DNA from: Obrimoposthia wandeli
Taxonomy: Eukaryota
NCBI GenBank assembly: GCA_977020255.1
Contig: CDROCS010000506.1
Span: 1,798,001-1,862,000, forward strand
Direction of reading: 5' to 3'
Length of the DNA stretch: 64,000 nt
Below the pieces are notes generated by a model. It saw only the letters and a list, made by a program, of their open reading frames with translations. It ran no database searches and was not told where the DNA came from. This document shows, in pieces, positions 22,290 to 33,747 of this stretch. The stretch's first letter is position 1, and each line of letters starts with the position of its first letter. The position numbers and the translations under genes are program-made.

Positions 22290-22682
22290 TTAACGTTTTG
22301 AGAACTGTGGACGTTTACGTGCTTTTCTAAGACCAACTTTCTTACGTTCAACTTGACGAGCATCACGAGTAACAAAACCAGCTGCACGTAGGCTAGGACG
22401 TAAAGTTTCGTCATATGCCATAAGTGCGCGAGTGATACCGTGACGGATTGCGCCAGCTTGACCAGTAGTACCACCACCAGAAACAGTGATGTTTAAGTCG
22501 AACTTGTCTTGTAGACCAACTAAGTCTAGTGCTTGACGAACAACCATACGAGCCGTATCACGACCAAAATAAACTTCTAAAGAACGTTTATTGATAGTTA
22601 GTTGACCAGTACCAGCTGTCATGAATACACGAGCTGTTGAACTTTTACGACGACCAGTGCCGTAGTATTGATTTTCTGCCAT
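22290..22682 (-). CDS. rpsI: 30S ribosomal protein S9
   Basis: [10 protein letters not shown] and [19 protein letters not shown]. Confidence 0.99.
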   Translation of the reverse strand: MAENQYYGTGRRKSSTARVFMTAGTGQLTINKRSLEVYFGRDTARMVVRQALDLVGLQDKFDLNITVSGGGTTGQAGAIRHGITRALMAYDETLRPSLRAAGFVTRDARQVERKKVGLRKARKRPQFSKR

Positions 22683-22700
22683 TTGCTTAAATTCCGTAAA

Positions 22701-23129
22701 TTAGATGTCTAGAACTTGTGGTTGTTGAGCAGCATGATTATGCTCAGGACCTGCGTATACTTTCATCTTACGGAACATTGCGCGGCCTAGAGGACCTTTT
22801 GGCAACATACCTTTAACTGCAGATTCGATAACACGCTCTGGTGCTTTATCAATTAGCTTTTCGAAGCTGATTGATTTAATTCCACCAATGAAACCTGTGT
22901 GCGAGTAGTAAATTTTACCCTTCGCTTTATTACCTGTTACAGTAATTTTTTCACAGTTAACAACGATGATGTAATCACCAGTATCAGCATGAGGAGTGTA
23001 CTCAGGCTTATGCTTACCACGTAAGCGAGAAGCGATTTCAGTCGCAAGACGGCCTAAAGTTTTACCTTCAGCGTCAACAACGTACCAGTCACGAGTGATC
23101 GTGCTTGGTGTAGCAACAAAAGTTTTCAT
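22701..23129 (-). CDS. rplM: 50S ribosomal protein L13
   Basis: [24 protein letters not shown] and [11 protein letters not shown]. Confidence 0.99.
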   Translation of the reverse strand: MKTFVATPSTITRDWYVVDAEGKTLGRLATEIASRLRGKHKPEYTPHADTGDYIIVVNCEKITVTGNKAKGKIYYSHTGFIGGIKSISFEKLIDKAPERVIESAVKGMLPKGPLGRAMFRKMKVYAGPEHNHAAQQPQVLDI

Positions 23130-23264
23130 TTATATTGAACCCAATAAAATTTGTTTAAACTATCATATATACTTGTCTATATATGAACTATATACCTTGC
23201 TTATCCCTTCGAATAAGTACATGGCGTCATTAGGACAAGGAACCACCACAGCACCTTGTTCGTG

Positions 23265-23303
23265 GGCAGCACGCATTATAAAGAGAAATGAGCGAAATTT
23301 CAC
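23265..23303 (-). promoter_or_regulatory. Sigma70 promoter of rplM-rpsI
   Basis: GTGAAA-17bp-TATAAT (-10 at 23275-23280) followed by GC-rich discriminator GCGTGCTGCC; leader hairpin GAACAAGG...CCTTGTCC just downstream. Confidence 0.65.
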
Positions 23304-23376
23304 CTATATTTTGCAAAAAATAAGATTAATCTCAAAAAACATTCATATTGTACCAAAAAATTGACTGGAATTAAGG

Positions 23377-24309
23377 CTATTTCCGCAATTTAACTTGATG
23401 TACTTGATGATTTAAATCTTTAGTCAGAATAAGGTTAGCACGTTCTCGGGTTGGTAAAATATTTTCTACTAAATTTTTACCATTAATTGTCCGCCAAATA
23501 TTCAATGCCACCCCTTTCGCCTCTTCCTCATCCAATTTTGCATAATGATGGAAATAAGAACTCGAATCGGTAAAGGCACTTTCACGCAGTTGCAAGAAAC
23601 GCTGAACATACCAATTTTCTAAGTTTTCAGTATCGGCATCAACATAAATAGAGAAATCAACAAAATCTGATACAAAGACACGATGTGGGTCATTCGGATA
23701 TTCTAACCCTGACTGCAGTACATTCAAGCCTTCGAGAATAACGATGTCCGGTTGTTCTACAACCACTTCTTTATCCGGTTCGATATCATAAGAGAAATGC
23801 GAATAAACTGGCGCGGTAACCCGAGCATTACCCGATTTAATATCGGCAACAAACTTAACTAATGAATTTATATCATAACTTTCAGGAAAGCCTTTACGCT
23901 TCATCAAATCATGTTCTTTAAGATGGGCATTTGGATAGAGGAAACCATCTGTGGTTATCAGCGCAACGTTTGGGTGCTCGCTCCAGCATTGCAATAACGC
24001 TTGTAAGATCCGCGCTGTGGTACTTTTACCGACAGCTACACTACCAGCAAGACTGATAATATAAGGCACTTTACCTACTTTTCGGCCTAAGAACTGATCA
24101 CGCACAAAGCGGCGTTGAATACGATTAGTGACATATAAATTAAGCAAACGTGATAATGGCAGGTAAATGTCACACACCTCTTCAATCGAGACGCGTTCAT
24201 TAATACCTTGTAACTGCTTTAACTCGAGTGCCGATAAGGTCAGTGGTACTGACTCACGTAATTCAGCCCAATATTCCCTGTCGAACACTTGATATGGAGA
24301 GTAATTCAT
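23377..24309 (-). CDS. coaA: Type I pantothenate kinase
   Basis: [36 protein letters not shown] and ILPTRERA. Confidence 0.96.
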   Translation of the reverse strand: MNYSPYQVFDREYWAELRESVPLTLSALELKQLQGINERVSIEEVCDIYLPLSRLLNLYVTNRIQRRFVRDQFLGRKVGKVPYIISLAGSVAVGKSTTARILQALLQCWSEHPNVALITTDGFLYPNAHLKEHDLMKRKGFPESYDINSLVKFVADIKSGNARVTAPVYSHFSYDIEPDKEVVVEQPDIVILEGLNVLQSGLEYPNDPHRVFVSDFVDFSIYVDADTENLENWYVQRFLQLRESAFTDSSSYFHHYAKLDEEEAKGVALNIWRTINGKNLVENILPTRERANLILTKDLNHQVHQVKLRK

Positions 24310-24560
24310 TAAACTAAAAGCCTATTTAACGCCCTAATAATCACTTACTTCGGATATAAAGAAGTAAGCCTTCGCGATGAACTTAATGACGTAATAACAC
24401 TATATACGTCACCTTGTCGGTTCATGTCCGCCGAAACAATAGCCTATATACTGACAGTAACTCAATAAATAAATACGTTAATTAGTGTATTTATTTAAAT
24501 AACGCGCACAAAAACTACCTACTTGGTGCTAAATAGCGCAGTACTTGCTGCTAAATACAC

Positions 24561-25673
24561 TTAAGGTAAATGTTCTCGGCCGAGATATTCATGTGATTGC
24601 ATTTCTTGTAAACGCGATAAACAGCGGCGAAATTCGAATTCTAATAAGCCTGTCGTATATAACGCTGACATTTCTAACTCAGCTGACATTATCAAGGTAA
24701 CGTTACGTTCATAAAACTCATCGACCATGGCAATAAAGCGACGCGCGACATCCCCTGTTAACGGTCCCATTTGTTTAACGTTAGCCAGTAACACAGTATG
24801 ATAAATACGTGAGATTTCCATATAATCAACCTGACTACGTGGCCCACCACATAACTCATCGAAATCAATCATCAACACACTATCAGCTTCCGCTAACGTC
24901 TGGATCTGACGATTTTCAATATCTATCGGTTGATTGTAATTACGCGGTTCACAAGATAATTGTTGGAAATATTGGTCTAGATTCTGCTGCGCGGCACTAT
25001 CCAATGGAAAGTGATAAATTTCCGCTTGCTCTAAGGTTCGTAGACGATAATCAACGCCGCTATCAACATTAATAATGTCACAATTTTGATTAATCAGCTG
25101 GATCGCAGGTAAAAAACGCGCGCGTTGTAGGCCATTACGATAAAGCTCGTCAGGAATAATATTCGACGTAGCGACAAGAATAACTTGATGGGCAAATAAC
25201 TCTTCAAATAAAGTACCTAAGATCATCGCATCAGTAATATCTGAAACAAAAAACTCATCAAAACAAATTACTCGTGTTTCATCCGCTAATTTTTTCGCGA
25301 TTACTTTCAGTGGATCTTTTTGTTGCGTTAAGCCTTTTAGCTCTTGATGCACTCGATGCATAAAACGGTGAAAGTGAATACGGGTTTTATTTTCAAATGG
25401 CAGGCAATCGTAGAAAGTATCAACTAAATAGGTCTTACCTCTTCCCACGCCGCCCCAAAAGTAAATGCCTCTGACTGGATTGTTCGCTATCGGTGCAGGC
25501 TTTGCTGTTAATGCTTTCAATTTAGCTAAAAAACTTACTTTCGCGGGTAATGCTGGCACCGCTAACAATTCATCAAACAAGCGCTGTAATGCCATTACTG
25601 CATTTTCTTGCGCTGCATCAAACATGAAATCAGGGCGCTTTAAATCCTGTCGATATTTCTCTATTGGGGTCAT
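24561..25673 (-). CDS. zapE: AFG1/ZapE family ATPase
   Basis: GGVGRGKT Walker A, CFDEFFVSD and RRFIAMVDEFY. Start moved to ATG 25673. Confidence 0.95.
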   Translation of the reverse strand: MTPIEKYRQDLKRPDFMFDAAQENAVMALQRLFDELLAVPALPAKVSFLAKLKALTAKPAPIANNPVRGIYFWGGVGRGKTYLVDTFYDCLPFENKTRIHFHRFMHRVHQELKGLTQQKDPLKVIAKKLADETRVICFDEFFVSDITDAMILGTLFEELFAHQVILVATSNIIPDELYRNGLQRARFLPAIQLINQNCDIINVDSGVDYRLRTLEQAEIYHFPLDSAAQQNLDQYFQQLSCEPRNYNQPIDIENRQIQTLAEADSVLMIDFDELCGGPRSQVDYMEISRIYHTVLLANVKQMGPLTGDVARRFIAMVDEFYERNVTLIMSAELEMSALYTTGLLEFEFRRCLSRLQEMQSHEYLGREHLP

Positions 25674-25851
25674 TTTAATTGCTAATCCTTTACTGTTTTT
25701 AACGCTTTGTTCACAACGCATTAATAATAATCAATGCTACCATGTTGTATTCTTTTGAAATACACTATTTTAAAACTAAGGCCGTTATATTAAAGTATCA
25801 AAATAAGCGTCCATATTTAGATAATACAAATTTCCATTTAACGAGGTGTAT

Positions 25852-26223
25852 ATGCCCTATCTTGAAATACTAATTAGTCTGGTTATCGGTATTGTTATCG
25901 GTTTTGCTATCGCGAAAGTAAGCAACACAAAAGATCAAACAGGTAAGTTTAAGGGTAAATTATTAGCGAAAGAAGCTGAAATTGAACAATACAAACATGA
26001 TGTTAATGAACACTTCAACAGCACTGAAGCATTATTAATGAAACTATCAGATAGCTACGTAGAAATGCAGCAGCACTTAGCGAGCAATGCCAAGCATTTA
26101 TTAGATAATGTTGCCGTCAAAGATATTCCTTTTCAGGCTAAAGAAGTACTTGATCCAGCAGAGCCAGTTGAAGGTCAACCAAAAGATTACTCAAGCACCA
26201 GTTCAGGCTTACTGAACAAATAA
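25852..26223 (+). CDS. zapG: ZapG/YhcB (DUF1043)
   Basis: N-terminal TM, coiled coil (YKHDVNEHF) and C-terminal QPKDYS; between zapE and degQ. Confidence 0.88.
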   Translation: MPYLEILISLVIGIVIGFAIAKVSNTKDQTGKFKGKLLAKEAEIEQYKHDVNEHFNSTEALLMKLSDSYVEMQQHLASNAKHLLDNVAVKDIPFQAKEVLDPAEPVEGQPKDYSSTSSGLLNK

Positions 26224-26226
26224 CTT

Positions 26227-26253
26227 GAACTTTTATCTTTGACCTATACCTAA
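26227..26253 (+). promoter_or_regulatory. Candidate sigmaE promoter for degQ
   Basis: GAACTT-16bp-CCTAA, close to the sigmaE consensus GGAACTT-N16-TCNAA, upstream of an HtrA protease. Confidence 0.4.
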
Positions 26254-26290
26254 CTGTTTATACTTATAATTTAAAAAGGCTTAAATTGTT

Positions 26291-27652
26291 ATGGTATCGA
26301 AGTTACAGTGTAAAACTCTTATTGCTTTGACGTTAAGCGCTGCAATGGGGTTAACAAGTCTATCTGCAACAGCGGCACTTCCGTTCGCTGTAGCAGGTCA
26401 GCCACTCCCAAGTCTTGCGCCAATATTGGAACAAGTAACACCTGCCGTTGTCAATATATCCGTATCCGGAACTAAGGTGTCACAACCACAAATACCTGAG
26501 GAGTTTCGCTATTTCTTTGGCCCTGATGGTTTAGGCGCTAAACAACAAGCACAACCATTCCAAGGTTTAGGTTCAGGTGTGATCATCGATGCCAAACAAG
26601 GTTACATTCTCACCAATAATCACGTTATTGCCGATGCAGATAACATCAAAGTGATGCTCAAAGATGGCCATGAATATGAAGCGAAACTGATTGGTGCAGA
26701 TAAAAGCAGTGATATCGCCTTATTACAAATTACAGCAAAAAACCTAACCGAAATTAAATTCGCTGATTCAGATAAGTTACGAGTCGGTGATTTCACGATT
26801 GCGATTGGTAATCCATTTGGTTTAGGCCAAACGGTTACATCCGGTATTGTCAGTGCGTTAGGTAGAACCGGCTTACAATTAGAAAACCTCGAAAACTTCA
26901 TTCAAACAGATGCTGCGATTAATAGTGGTAACTCTGGCGGCGCGTTAGTTGACTTACGTGGTGAATTAATCGGTATTAATACCGCGATATTAGGCCCTAA
27001 TGGCGGTAATGTAGGGATTGGTTTTGCGATCCCTGCCAATATGGCCAACAATCTAGTGCAGCAAATTATTGAGCATGGTGAGGTTCGTCGTGGTTTGTTA
27101 GGTGTCGCAGGACAAGAATTAACCGCTGATCTTGCCAAGGCATTTGATATTGATGTGCAATACGGCGCTTTCATCAACCAAGTCACACCAGATTCTGCCG
27201 CAGCGGAAGCAGGATTAGTGGCAGGTGATATTATTGTCAGCGTTAATAACAATAAAATTCGTAGCTTCAGTGAACTAAGAGCACGCATTGGTTCTTTAGG
27301 TCCAAATAAAAAAATTACCTTAGGCATTTTCAGAGATGGTAAACAAATAACCGTCACAGCAACCCTCAAGCCAGCAGATAACCGATTCGCTAATGCCAGT
27401 AACATGCACCCGAGTCTGAAAGGAGCGGTATTAGCGAGCACTGACAAAGACCAAGGCGTGATGATTACTGACGTGAAACCACGCTCCATGGCCGCAGACG
27501 CTGGATTAAAACAAGGTGATATCATTATTGGGGTAAATAAAGATAAGGTTCAAAATCTCGCTCAATTAAAGGCGTTACTGTCTGAAGAAAATGCCACTCT
27601 GGCGCTTAATATTCAACGTGGCGAACAACATTTATTCCGAGTATTACGTTAG
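26291..27652 (+). CDS. degQ: Periplasmic HtrA protease DegQ/DegP with two PDZ domains
   Basis: Signal peptide, TNNHV, QTDAAINSGNSGG; degQ-degS context. Confidence 0.93.
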   Translation: MVSKLQCKTLIALTLSAAMGLTSLSATAALPFAVAGQPLPSLAPILEQVTPAVVNISVSGTKVSQPQIPEEFRYFFGPDGLGAKQQAQPFQGLGSGVIIDAKQGYILTNNHVIADADNIKVMLKDGHEYEAKLIGADKSSDIALLQITAKNLTEIKFADSDKLRVGDFTIAIGNPFGLGQTVTSGIVSALGRTGLQLENLENFIQTDAAINSGNSGGALVDLRGELIGINTAILGPNGGNVGIGFAIPANMANNLVQQIIEHGEVRRGLLGVAGQELTADLAKAFDIDVQYGAFINQVTPDSAAAEAGLVAGDIIVSVNNNKIRSFSELRARIGSLGPNKKITLGIFRDGKQITVTATLKPADNRFANASNMHPSLKGAVLASTDKDQGVMITDVKPRSMAADAGLKQGDIIIGVNKDKVQNLAQLKALLSEENATLALNIQRGEQHLFRVLR

Positions 27653-27761
27653 CGGCTACGCTAGGTATTACATCACTTTACACGTTATTTTCTACATTAT
27701 CCGAGGAAGAGGTGCTATTCTCTACGTTGCTATTTTTGATGAGTAACGTAGGGATATTTCA

Positions 27762-28844
27762 GTGAAAAATTTGTGGTCATATGTTTCAAAAAGTATCTTC
27801 CTCGGTATTGCTGTAGCCGCAGTACTGCTGTTGGCGTTACCACAGTTACAGAACAAGCAAGGTCTCACCCAACCTTTTTCATTAGGCCTTAATGAACAAA
27901 TGAGCTTTTCTGCCGCCGTAAAGCGAGCAGCGCCTTCTGTTGTAAATATCTATACCCGTACCTATCAAAAATCAACGATTAACAGCAAACCAACATTACG
28001 CCCACAAAGTCTCGGCTCAGGTGTGATCATGAATAAAAAAGGCTACTTACTGACAAATTATCATGTGATCGCAGATGCCGACCAGATCATTGTCGCGCTA
28101 CAAGATGGTCGTTTTTTTACTGCTGAGTTAATCGGCTTTGATAAATATACCGATCTTGCCGTGTTAAGCATTGATGCCAAGAATTTACCCAGTATCCCCC
28201 AGAGTAAACATGAACAAACCAATATTGGTGACGTAGTGCTTGCCATTGGTAACCCGTACAATTTAGGTCAAACAATTACTCAAGGTATTATCAGTGCTCG
28301 TGGTCGTATTGGTATGAGTACCACAGGCCATCAAAACTTCTTACAAACCGATGCGGCAATTAACGAAGGTAATTCAGGCGGTGCTCTGGTTAACAGCTTA
28401 GGAGAGTTAGTGGGTATCAATACCGCCTCTTTTCAAGTTGCAGAAAATGTTGAAACCATGGGTATCAGCTTTGCGATCCCCTACCCGCTAGCGGTTAAAA
28501 TAATGAATTCATTAATTGCCAATGGTCGCGTTATCCGTGGTTATCTCGGTATTGAAGGCACATCAATTAATACCGTGATGGCAAAGTTACTCGGTTTAAA
28601 AGCCAATCAAGGTATTGTCATACAAAACACCGCGCCAGATTCCCCTGCAGAAAAAGCCGGTCTGGTTGCTGGTGATGTGGTGATCAAGTTCAATGAGACT
28701 GAAATTGATAATGTAATTTGGTTAATGGATGTGGTGGCTGAACAGCGCCCAGGTTCAAAAATTAATTTAACGGTTATACGCGAGGGTAAACAACTCGACA
28801 TATCCGTGACACTCGGTGAGTTACAGGCACTACAGCCTCAGTAA
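27762..28844 (+). CDS. degS: Stress-sensor protease DegS
   Basis: N-terminal anchor, TNYHV, QTDAAINEGNSGG, single PDZ domain. Confidence 0.94.
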   Translation: MKNLWSYVSKSIFLGIAVAAVLLLALPQLQNKQGLTQPFSLGLNEQMSFSAAVKRAAPSVVNIYTRTYQKSTINSKPTLRPQSLGSGVIMNKKGYLLTNYHVIADADQIIVALQDGRFFTAELIGFDKYTDLAVLSIDAKNLPSIPQSKHEQTNIGDVVLAIGNPYNLGQTITQGIISARGRIGMSTTGHQNFLQTDAAINEGNSGGALVNSLGELVGINTASFQVAENVETMGISFAIPYPLAVKIMNSLIANGRVIRGYLGIEGTSINTVMAKLLGLKANQGIVIQNTAPDSPAEKAGLVAGDVVIKFNETEIDNVIWLMDVVAEQRPGSKINLTVIREGKQLDISVTLGELQALQPQ

Positions 28845-28871
28845 CATTCAAGACAAGATAAATTCAGACAC

Positions 28872-28901
28872 AAAAAAGGCGCATATTAAATGCGCCTTTT
28901 T
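28872..28901. terminator. Bidirectional terminator degS/murA
   Basis: AAAAAGGCGCA-TATTAAA-TGCGCCTTTTT. Confidence 0.9.
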
Positions 28902-28975
28902 ATTTATAATAACCAATTACACGTTATTAAGACTTACTCATAGACAAGGATTAACCTTCAATACGTCGACGAGTA

Positions 28976-30507
<1,532 letters not shown>

Positions 30508-30599
30508 AATACTTAAATCCTGTGATGCCGCCATTCTAAGCCAAGTTAAAAACTCTACATGCCGCGATCGCGAACTGACTAAAACGATAGAGCAGCATG

Positions 30600-30652
30600 T
30601 TTAGTTTTAAGTGAATGGCGTTCTAAATGAGAGAATCGCGCTTAAAACTAAA
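30600..30652. repeat. Inverted repeat in the ibaG-yrbG spacer
   Basis: TTTAGTTTTAAG...CTTAAAACTAAA 12-bp arms with an inner GCG-TTCT/AGAA-T-CGC pairing. Confidence 0.7.
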
Positions 30653-30832
30653 GTATTAAAATAGCCCAGTATTCTAAAAGCAATCGCTATAATACACAAT
30701 CCAAAAGTATCACTAAGTCGTGATTTTTAGGCTGTGATCATTCAATCATCGACAAGATTTAACAATTTAGCTTTTCTTTCCATTAAAAAAGACCGAAAAT
30801 AGTGTTCTTTTTTATCTACTTCAATTGTGCTG

Positions 30833-31637
30833 ATGCTAACTACAAATATAATTATTTTAATTCTTGGATTGATTGGCCTTATTATAAGTGCCGATAAATT
30901 CGTCTATGGTGCAGCTGGATTAGCCCGCAACCTTGGTATTTCACCGCTTATCATTGGTCTTACTATTGTCGCGATGGGTTCTTCTGCACCAGAAATGATG
31001 GTAGCAGTATCTTCATCGCTTAATGGTGCACCCAATACGGCAATTGGTAACGCCATTGGTTCAAACATAACGAACATCACCTTAGTATTAGGTCTCACCG
31101 CGTTATTGAAACCATTACTCGTCAGCTCTGCAACTATTCGTCGTGAGATCCCGATGGTATTAATTACCACGATACTTGCCGGTGTTGTGCTTTGGGATTT
31201 AAAACTAGAAATGTATGAAGGCGTAATTTTATTATTATTATTCTTCATTACTATTTTAACGTTAACAATTTTAGCATTAAAGCGTCCAAGCAATGATCCA
31301 CTAGCGCAAGAGCATGACGATGAAGTACCAGAAGGCGTATCAACCTGGAAAGCGATTGCTTGGTTAATGTTCGGCATGATCGCACTCCCTGTTAGTTCTT
31401 ACCTACTTTGATAGGTGGTATGAGCATGATTTAGTTATACGATTATTGCGATAGGCACCAGCTTACCGGAACTCGCAGGCTAACATCTTCAATATTTTAG
31501 CTTATATGTGGCGATTTAACATGCTCGGTGCAACGATCGTCATGCTATTAATGGCCATGAGTTTCAGAGGCCGTCCAGGTCGTATCAACCGTATTGAAGG
31601 TGGGTTACTTCTTGTTGGCTTTGTTGTGTATCCATAA
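30833..31637 (+). pseudogene. yrbG: Calcium/sodium antiporter (CaCA family), disrupted
   Basis: N-half intact (GSSAPE alpha-repeat), stop TGA at 31409-31411. Downstream fragments: TIIAIGTSLPELA (31439-31477, same frame), then ANIFNILA...GRINRIEGGLLLVGF (31479-31637, shifted frame). The expected segments between fragments are missing. Confidence 0.88.
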
Positions 31638-31668
31638 GTATTAAACCGTATTTTTATTAGGGAATACC

Positions 31669-32640
31669 ATGTCTAGTCAGTTTAATTATTGCCAAAGTGC
31701 GCTTAATGTCATTCAAACAGAAGCGGCGGCGATCACTCAATTAAGTCAGTATATTGATGTAACATTTACAGCAGCCTGCGAATTATTAATCGCCTGTAAA
31801 GGTAAAGTAATTATCACTGGCATGGGTAAATCCGGTCATATTGCCAATAAAATTGCCGCGACACTCGCCAGCACTGGTACCCCGGCTTTCTTTGTTCACC
31901 CAGGTGAAGCCAGTCACGGTGATCTAGGCATGATAGGCACTGACGATGTGGTTATCGCACTCTCAAATTCAGGGGAGTCAGATGAAATTTTGGCGTTATA
32001 TCCCGTACTTAAACGCTTGAGCATTCCTATTATCTCGATGACAGGTAATGCCAAGTCAACCATGGGACGCGAAGCACAGGTTAATTTATGCATTAAAGTG
32101 GATAAAGAAGCCTGTCCATTAGGATTAGCACCAACCTCGAGCACCACAGCAAGTCTAGTGATGGGGGATGCGATTGCCGTGGCATTACTTGAAGCTAGAG
32201 GCTTTACTGCCAATGATTTTGCGCTGTCTCATCCCGGCGGTAGCTTAGGCCGTAAATTATTACTGCGTATTTCCGATATTATGCATAAAGGTGAAGGCGT
32301 GCCGAGTGTACTGCACAGCGAAACGATCTCTGATGCCTTATTAGAAGTCTCTCGAAAAGGGCTAGGTATGACGGCCGTAACGAACGACAATAAGTTGGTT
32401 GGTATTTTCACCGACGGTGATTTACGCCGTATCTTAGATGCACGTATAGATATCCACCAAACCCCAATCAGTGCAGTAATGACCGAAAGATGTGTTACTA
32501 TTAATGAACATATATTGGCTGCAGAAGCCCTCGCCGTCATGGAAAATAAGAAAGTTAACGGATTAATTGTCGTTAATGAACAACACGAACCGGTCGGCGC
32601 CTTCAATATGCATGACTTACTACGCGCAGGTGTACTATAA
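31669..32640 (+). CDS. kdsD: Arabinose-5-phosphate isomerase
   Basis: GMGKSGHI, HPGEASHGDLG, APTSSTT and tandem CBS domains. Confidence 0.96.
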   Translation: MSSQFNYCQSALNVIQTEAAAITQLSQYIDVTFTAACELLIACKGKVIITGMGKSGHIANKIAATLASTGTPAFFVHPGEASHGDLGMIGTDDVVIALSNSGESDEILALYPVLKRLSIPIISMTGNAKSTMGREAQVNLCIKVDKEACPLGLAPTSSTTASLVMGDAIAVALLEARGFTANDFALSHPGGSLGRKLLLRISDIMHKGEGVPSVLHSETISDALLEVSRKGLGMTAVTNDNKLVGIFTDGDLRRILDARIDIHQTPISAVMTERCVTINEHILAAEALAVMENKKVNGLIVVNEQHEPVGAFNMHDLLRAGVL

Positions 32641-32641
32641 A

Positions 32642-33190
32642 ATGATCAACACGTTATACGGTCCAATCTCACAAGATATTTTAACTACAGCCAAAACATT
32701 GAAACTACTTATTTGCGATATAGATGGTGTTTTTTCTGACGGTCGCGTGTATATGGGAAATGATGGCGAAGAGCTAAAAGCATTCCATACCCGCGATGGT
32801 TTTGGGGTTAAATCGCTGCTTAATGCAGGCATTGAAGTCGCGGTGATCACCGGACGTCAATCTACTATCGTCGCAAATCGTATGCAAGGTTTAGGCGTTA
32901 AGCACATCTATCAAGGCCAAGACAACAAAGTCATTGCCTTTAACATGCTCATTGAAAAATTAAACATATCGCCAGAGCATGTCGCTTATATTGGTGATGA
33001 TGTTATCGACTTACCGGTAATGAATCTATGTGGCCTCAGTGTTGCAGTTGCCGATGCGCACCCGCTAGTGAAAAAAGGCGCTGATTTTAGCACCTCTATT
33101 CGTGGTGGTTTTGGTGCCGTCAGAGAGCTTGCAGATTTAATCTTATTATCGAAAGGTATATTAGATCAAGCACAAGGTACTTCGGTATGA
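32642..33190 (+). CDS. kdsC: KDO 8-phosphate phosphatase
   Basis: DIDGVFSDG HAD motif and YIGDDVID. Start moved to ATG 32642. Confidence 0.96.
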   Translation: MINTLYGPISQDILTTAKTLKLLICDIDGVFSDGRVYMGNDGEELKAFHTRDGFGVKSLLNAGIEVAVITGRQSTIVANRMQGLGVKHIYQGQDNKVIAFNMLIEKLNISPEHVAYIGDDVIDLPVMNLCGLSVAVADAHPLVKKGADFSTSIRGGFGAVRELADLILLSKGILDQAQGTSV

Positions 33191-33747
33191 ATCGACAAAA
33201 TGTAGGAATAGTAATCCTCTTTTTGTGTGCCCTTGGGGTATGGCGATTTTTTTCGCCTGATGAAGAAGTAATAGCACCAACATCGACCGAATATCAACCT
33301 GATTTTACTGCGGAAGTTCTCCGTAGTGTTGAATTCAGCCTTGATGGTAAAATCATACGTCGCATTTTTGCCGATAGCATGGAGCATTATGGCGAGTTAG
33401 GCATGACAATGTTCACTAACCCCGTTATTATCCTTTATGATGAAAATGCACAAGCAACGTGGAAAATCAAAGCCAAAGAAGGTAACTTCAGCAGTGAAGA
33501 TGTGGCCACATTACGTGATAATGTTGTCATTAAAAATATGACTAAAAATGATTACATTGATGTCATCACGACCAGTTATTTACAATTAGAACTTGCCGAA
33601 AATTTGGTGCGTAGCGATCAATTAATTACCATTACTGGCGACTTGTTTAATCAAACAGGTATTGGGCTAGAAGGTGATTTAAAGCAAGAATACATGACTA
33701 TCCTTAAGCAAGTTAAAGCGATTTATACTAATGATGAAAAAATATAA
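33187..33747 (+). CDS. lptC: LPS export protein LptC
   Basis: N-terminal TM then beta-jellyroll-type sequence; position kdsC-lptC-lptA. Confidence 0.9.
   Translation: MNRQNVGIVILFLCALGVWRFFSPDEEVIAPTSTEYQPDFTAEVLRSVEFSLDGKIIRRIFADSMEHYGELGMTMFTNPVIILYDENAQATWKIKAKEGNFSSEDVATLRDNVVIKNMTKNDYIDVITTSYLQLELAENLVRSDQLITITGDLFNQTGIGLEGDLKQEYMTILKQVKAIYTNDEKI

Noticed and set aside
22202-22477. 91-aa ORF overlapping rpsI and its terminator; also 22996-23364 opposite rplM
   Set aside because: Alternative-frame or antisense overlaps of ribosomal protein genes that run through regulatory DNA
26902-27525. 207-aa antisense ORF over degQ, and similar ones at 448-819, 30904-31377, 32229-32606 and 52186-52626
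   Set aside because: Shadow frames opposite well-conserved genes, with no SD or recognisable motifs; expected from codon bias of the sense gene
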